A stretch of 32,000 nucleotides of DNA. Origin: Candidatus Hermodarchaeota archaeon (GTDB taxonomy: Archaea > Asgardarchaeota > Heimdallarchaeia > Hodarchaeales > Hodarchaeaceae). The stretch lies in the NCBI GenBank assembly GCA_048886185.1, contig JBHLKY010000005.1, forward strand, positions 201,520 to 233,519, written 5' to 3'. This document shows, one piece after another, positions 28,453-32,000 of the stretch (the first letter of the stretch is position 1; every line of letters begins with the position of its first letter). The position numbers and the translations under genes were made by a program. The notes beneath the pieces were generated by a model, which was not told where the DNA came from, did not search any database, and saw nothing but the letters and a program-made list of their open reading frames with translations.

Positions 28453-29020
28453 CAAAATAAGGCAAATTTTATCCATTTTCTTTTCCTGAAAATGAATCTT
28501 TCCAAGGCTCTTTGATTCTCTATTGTGATTTGAGGATAAATAACGAAGTTCTGATAGTTGGGTTTATAGCTAAATAAGAAGACTGTGGTCTGAGATAGAT
28601 TTGATTGAAGCAAAGTGTGAAATTAATTCTTTGGAAAAGGTCTATAAAGACATTCTCTGTTACTGTAATTACAGTAAATTCCGAAGCCGCTTGAGATGCA
28701 TACTGTGCCGCTAATGTTCGGTTTGGGGTTCAAATTAATGTTCTGGTTCAGTATTTGTATCATTGTCTGGTATAGAGAGGTTATTTGTACAACCAGACAA
28801 TAATAAAAAACGGATTAGAACTAAAAATGCTTGAATAGATCTTAAGTATTGAATTGAAATCACCCCCATTGATTTTGCAGTTATTGAGAGAATTATTATA
28901 ACTTACTTGTGTTGTAATTTATTAAATATATTGTAGTAATGTATTAATTTTTCCCTTTTTAGGGGCTTAAAAGATTATTTCACTTGGATTTCCTAATAAA
29001 AGGTCTAATTAGTGATCGAA

Positions 29021-30805
29021 ATGGTTGAGTCAAAAGAAATCGCCTGGGATCTAACACTAATCTTCAAATCTGACGAAGAAATTCAGCAAACAATTCAAAA
29101 AGCTCGAATTGAGGCAGAAATGATTGAAAAAGATTACCGGGGTAAGATAAATTCTGAGAAAACAACCGAGAGTGATCTTCTTCGTTTGTTTAAACACTTA
29201 GAAAGCTTGAGAGAGAAATCAGAGGGATTATTCTTTTATGGTAAGTTAAAGGTCAGCGCAGATCAGACCAAGAAAGAAGCATTAGAACTATTCAATACTG
29301 CGAAAAATGTTCTACTAGAGGTTAAGACAAAAATTGCCTTTGTTGAAATAGAACTGGGAAAATTGTTAGAGAGTAAAGGGAAATACATACAATCGCCAAC
29401 TTTAAAGAATTATAAACACTATATGGAACGAATAAAACAAAAGCATAAGCACACTCTATCTGAAGCTGAAGAGCAACTAATTCTTGAGAAAGATCTAAAT
29501 GGGGTAATGGCTTGGTCACAATTTCGCGCAGAGTGGCTTGGAAAGAAATTATTTCGAGCAATTATTGATAACAAAGAGAAAACGTTTTATTGGAGTGAAG
29601 CTCAAGGTTTAATGAGATCTACAAATAGACTTAATCGAAAAAATACTATTATTGCAGTCATGGAGGCCTTAAAAGAAGATGGGGACATATTTTCAGCTAC
29701 ATTACGCAGCATTTGTACTAATCATGTAATGATGGCAAGACGTAGAAATTATGATACGATGGCCTCTAGTTTGATAACTAATGACATCACTCAAGAAATG
29801 ATTGATAATTTATATGCAGCAATAGAATCCAATTTAGACATCTTTCATGATATTTTACTTTTAAAAGCAAAGGTATTAGGTACTGAAAAATTGTTAGGGG
29901 AGGATCTTTGGGCCCCTATTCCTCAAGAGGGAGAAGAATCTGAAAAGATAACTTGGGATGATGCAAAAAAAATTGTTACTGAGATTTTGAAAGATTTTGA
30001 TGTTGAATTCGGGAGAATTACCACCAAAATGTTTAAAGAAAATCATATTGATGCCTCTCCTAGGAAAGGAAAACGAGGAGGAGCATTCTGTTCGGCTAAT
30101 GATTACGCAAAAGAATGTTTCATCCTCCAATCCTTTAATCATACTTTCGATGATTTAAGTACGTTAGCTCATGAGATGGGTCATGCAATACATGGTTATT
30201 TAACCCTAGGAGCACAAACCCTGATTAATAGGGATATCTCGTATTGCATCGCTGAATGTGCTTCTGAATTTGTAAGATTTCTTTTAATAGATAGAATGAA
30301 AGAAAAAGTGGCTGATTTTCAGAAACGTATTATCTTATTTAACCATTTGGAAGATCTAGCAATTTCTATATTTGAAGTGGGATCAAGAACACAATTTGAA
30401 AAGAGTCTATATCAGGCCATTAAAGCAGGGGAATACTTAAATACCGAAAAGATTTCAGATTTGTTTCTAAAGTCTAGAACAAATTATTTTGGAGACTCTA
30501 TTCAATTTTTACCACAACAGAAGTATGATTGGATGTGGAAACCTCATTATTTTAGAATAGATTTACGCTTTTACAATTACCCTTATGTATTTGCAGAACT
30601 AATAGTCCTTGCTTTATATAATAAGTTCAAAAGTGAAGGTGATTCGTTTAAACTCAATTTTAAAGCTTTTCTCGCAGCTGGTTCCTCCAAATCACCACAA
30701 GAACTAGTTAAAGATATGGATATGGATCTCACTACAAAAGAATTTTGGCAATTGGGATTAAACGAAATGAGAGCGATCCTGAGAGACATAAAAAACCTAT
30801 TCTGA
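29021..30805 (+). CDS. pepF: M3B family oligoendopeptidase F
   Basis: N-terminal WDL, GKRGGAFC, zinc motif TLAHEMGHAIH, AECAS and HYF...FYNYPY. ATG 29021 follows GTGAT. Confidence 0.93.
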   Translation: MVESKEIAWDLTLIFKSDEEIQQTIQKARIEAEMIEKDYRGKINSEKTTESDLLRLFKHLESLREKSEGLFFYGKLKVSADQTKKEALELFNTAKNVLLEVKTKIAFVEIELGKLLESKGKYIQSPTLKNYKHYMERIKQKHKHTLSEAEEQLILEKDLNGVMAWSQFRAEWLGKKLFRAIIDNKEKTFYWSEAQGLMRSTNRLNRKNTIIAVMEALKEDGDIFSATLRSICTNHVMMARRRNYDTMASSLITNDITQEMIDNLYAAIESNLDIFHDILLLKAKVLGTEKLLGEDLWAPIPQEGEESEKITWDDAKKIVTEILKDFDVEFGRITTKMFKENHIDASPRKGKRGGAFCSANDYAKECFILQSFNHTFDDLSTLAHEMGHAIHGYLTLGAQTLINRDISYCIAECASEFVRFLLIDRMKEKVADFQKRIILFNHLEDLAISIFEVGSRTQFEKSLYQAIKAGEYLNTEKISDLFLKSRTNYFGDSIQFLPQQKYDWMWKPHYFRIDLRFYNYPYVFAELIVLALYNKFKSEGDSFKLNFKAFLAAGSSKSPQELVKDMDMDLTTKEFWQLGLNEMRAILRDIKNLF

Positions 30806-30865
30806 TCTTTCTACGATTTTAATACCAACAGATTTATGTATCATCATAATAGAGTGTATTTCAAG

Positions 30866-31282
30866 ATGAATTCTACCTTAAAAAAATCTGAAAATGAGTG
30901 GAAAAAAACTCTTACAAAAGAGCAATTTTGGATACTGAGAGAAAAAGGTACAGAACGACCTTTCACTGGAAAATATTGGAATTACTTTGAAGAAGGAACC
31001 TATACCTGTGCAGGTTGTGGAAACACACTTTTTTTATCAGAAGAGAAATTCAAATCAAATTGTGGCTGGCCTAGTTTCTCTAATCCAGTTAAAGATTCAA
31101 TTGAAGAAGAAAGAGATACTTCTCATGGAATGGTTAGAACAGAAGTACTATGTTCTGCATGTGGTGGACACTTAGGACATGTATTTAATGATGGTCCTAA
31201 AGAGGAAGGCGGATTACGCTATTGCATTAATTCTGCTGCATTAAAATTCAAAGAAACTGATATGCGTTTCCAAAATAAATGA
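30866..31282 (+). CDS. msrB: Peptide-methionine (R)-S-oxide reductase MsrB
   Basis: [39 protein letters not shown] and RYCINS. ATG 30866 preferred over 30836. Confidence 0.96.
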   Translation: MNSTLKKSENEWKKTLTKEQFWILREKGTERPFTGKYWNYFEEGTYTCAGCGNTLFLSEEKFKSNCGWPSFSNPVKDSIEEERDTSHGMVRTEVLCSACGGHLGHVFNDGPKEEGGLRYCINSAALKFKETDMRFQNK

Positions 31283-31565
31283 AAAATCGTTCAAAATAGT
31301 GATAAATTTTCCAAAAATAATGATAATTAATCATATTAGATGTTGGAAAACTCATATCCATAGAATTACATAATCCATATCGATACTAATCAAAATTTCT
31401 TAGATGGTTTGTAGGCTGAAATATAAGGTTATTTTCTATTAAATGAGATTAAAAGATCACATAAATGAAAATGTTAAAGCCAAAAGACGTTGATTCTCAC
31501 ATTACCAATTTAGGTAGAGAAGCCCATCCAAAACTCAAAGAAATGCTAAAATTCAAAGTCCAATT

Positions 31566-32000
31566 TTAGACCCTTAGCGAGCCACGGAACGCCCTAACGC
31601 CATAGAAAGAAGGCGCACTGTTATGATACACGAAGACATGACCGTAACGGCGATCAGCAAAGATGGCGCCGCCGAGTTTTCTAATATCAGAAGGTGTTTT
31701 CACCCAGCTCGACGTCTTCGTATCGAAATTTCCAAGTTTCTGCAACTCTCGATATTGTTCTTCAGTTAAAAGCTCAATGCCCATGGCAGTTGCCATATCA
31801 ATAACATTACCTCCTGGATGCACCCCTCGCTTTTCCCTTGCCTCCTGCCCTTCACGGTCGTAACAAACATTTCTGCGGCCTTTAGGACTTTCTGCTGAAC
31901 AATCATAAAAAATGTATTCACCTGTCTTTTTATCATGACCAACAACATCCGGTTCACCGCCAGTTCTTTCCATTTCATTGAGTGACCACAGTTTTTCAGT
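31566..32000 (-). CDS. DUF4256-like protein, 5' end outside the window
   Basis: Frame open from the window edge (TEKLWSLNEMERTGGEPDV). CSAESPKGRR..CYD, TSSWVKTP and LGGAIFADRRY resemble the DUF4256 family as I recall it. Confidence 0.8.
   Translation of the reverse strand, partial: TEKLWSLNEMERTGGEPDVVGHDKKTGEYIFYDCSAESPKGRRNVCYDREGQEAREKRGVHPGGNVIDMATAMGIELLTEEQYRELQKLGNFDTKTSSWVKTPSDIRKLGGAIFADRRYGHVFVYHNSAPSFYGVRAFRGSLRV

Noticed and set aside
28681-28740. tRNA-like look (GGGGTTCAAAT T-loop-like string in a GC-richer patch)
   Set aside because: I could not fold an acceptor stem, D arm or anticodon arm around it.
30866-31282. Selenocysteine or stop read-through in MsrB and other TGA-ending genes
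   Set aside because: The catalytic residue is a normal Cys (RYCINS). The TGA-ending genes I checked (APH-like, livM) hit further stops within a few codons.
1070-31978. Many short ORFs in the track nested in or antisense to long genes (e.g. 1070-1282, 2078-2335, 3740-4033, 10154-10405, 12997-13341, 18119-18442, 19936-20331, 24606-24929, 29322-29561, 31663-31863)
   Set aside because: They are shadow frames of well-supported CDSs, with Ser/Ile-rich antisense composition and no motifs.
1-32000. CRISPR arrays, IS elements, integrases, defence genes, rRNA
   Set aside because: I saw no regularly spaced repeats, transposase or integrase motifs, terminal inverted repeats, or long GC-rich structured non-coding stretch.

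Overview
An AT-rich, gene-dense window that looks archaeal. The clues are a PGF-type C-terminal anchor on the ABC substrate-binding protein, GGTGA/GTGAT ribosome-binding motifs, T-tract terminators and a repeat surface protein. An Asgard/Heimdallarchaeia-like origin is my inference and is not demonstrated. About 25 CDSs are mostly amino-acid, peptide and fatty-acyl metabolism: a partial MsbA-like ABC exporter, ppa, a PLP aminotransferase, LysE, an APH-like kinase, a three-repeat surface protein, FadD, a structurally expanded Liv-type ABC importer followed by D-aminoacylase, HisC-like aminotransferase and crotonase genes, an alpha/beta hydrolase, a methyltransferase, a bPH_2 protein, ltaE, a PNPOx-like protein, pepF, msrB and a partial DUF4256 gene. 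The strongest candidate for an undescribed system is the tight minus-strand operon at 5738-8526. It encodes a GCS2/YbdK-type carboxylate-amine ligase with an unexplained C-terminal domain, a gamma-glutamylcyclotransferase and a class II (Ntn) glutamine amidotransferase-like hydrolase: one gamma-glutamyl 'writer' and two mechanistically different candidate 'erasers'. The second candidate is the fadD/liv/deacylase/crotonase cluster, possibly for N-acyl-amino-acid scavenging. I saw no rRNA, tRNA, CRISPR array, transposase or integrase. All family assignments come from motif recognition by eye; no searches were run.
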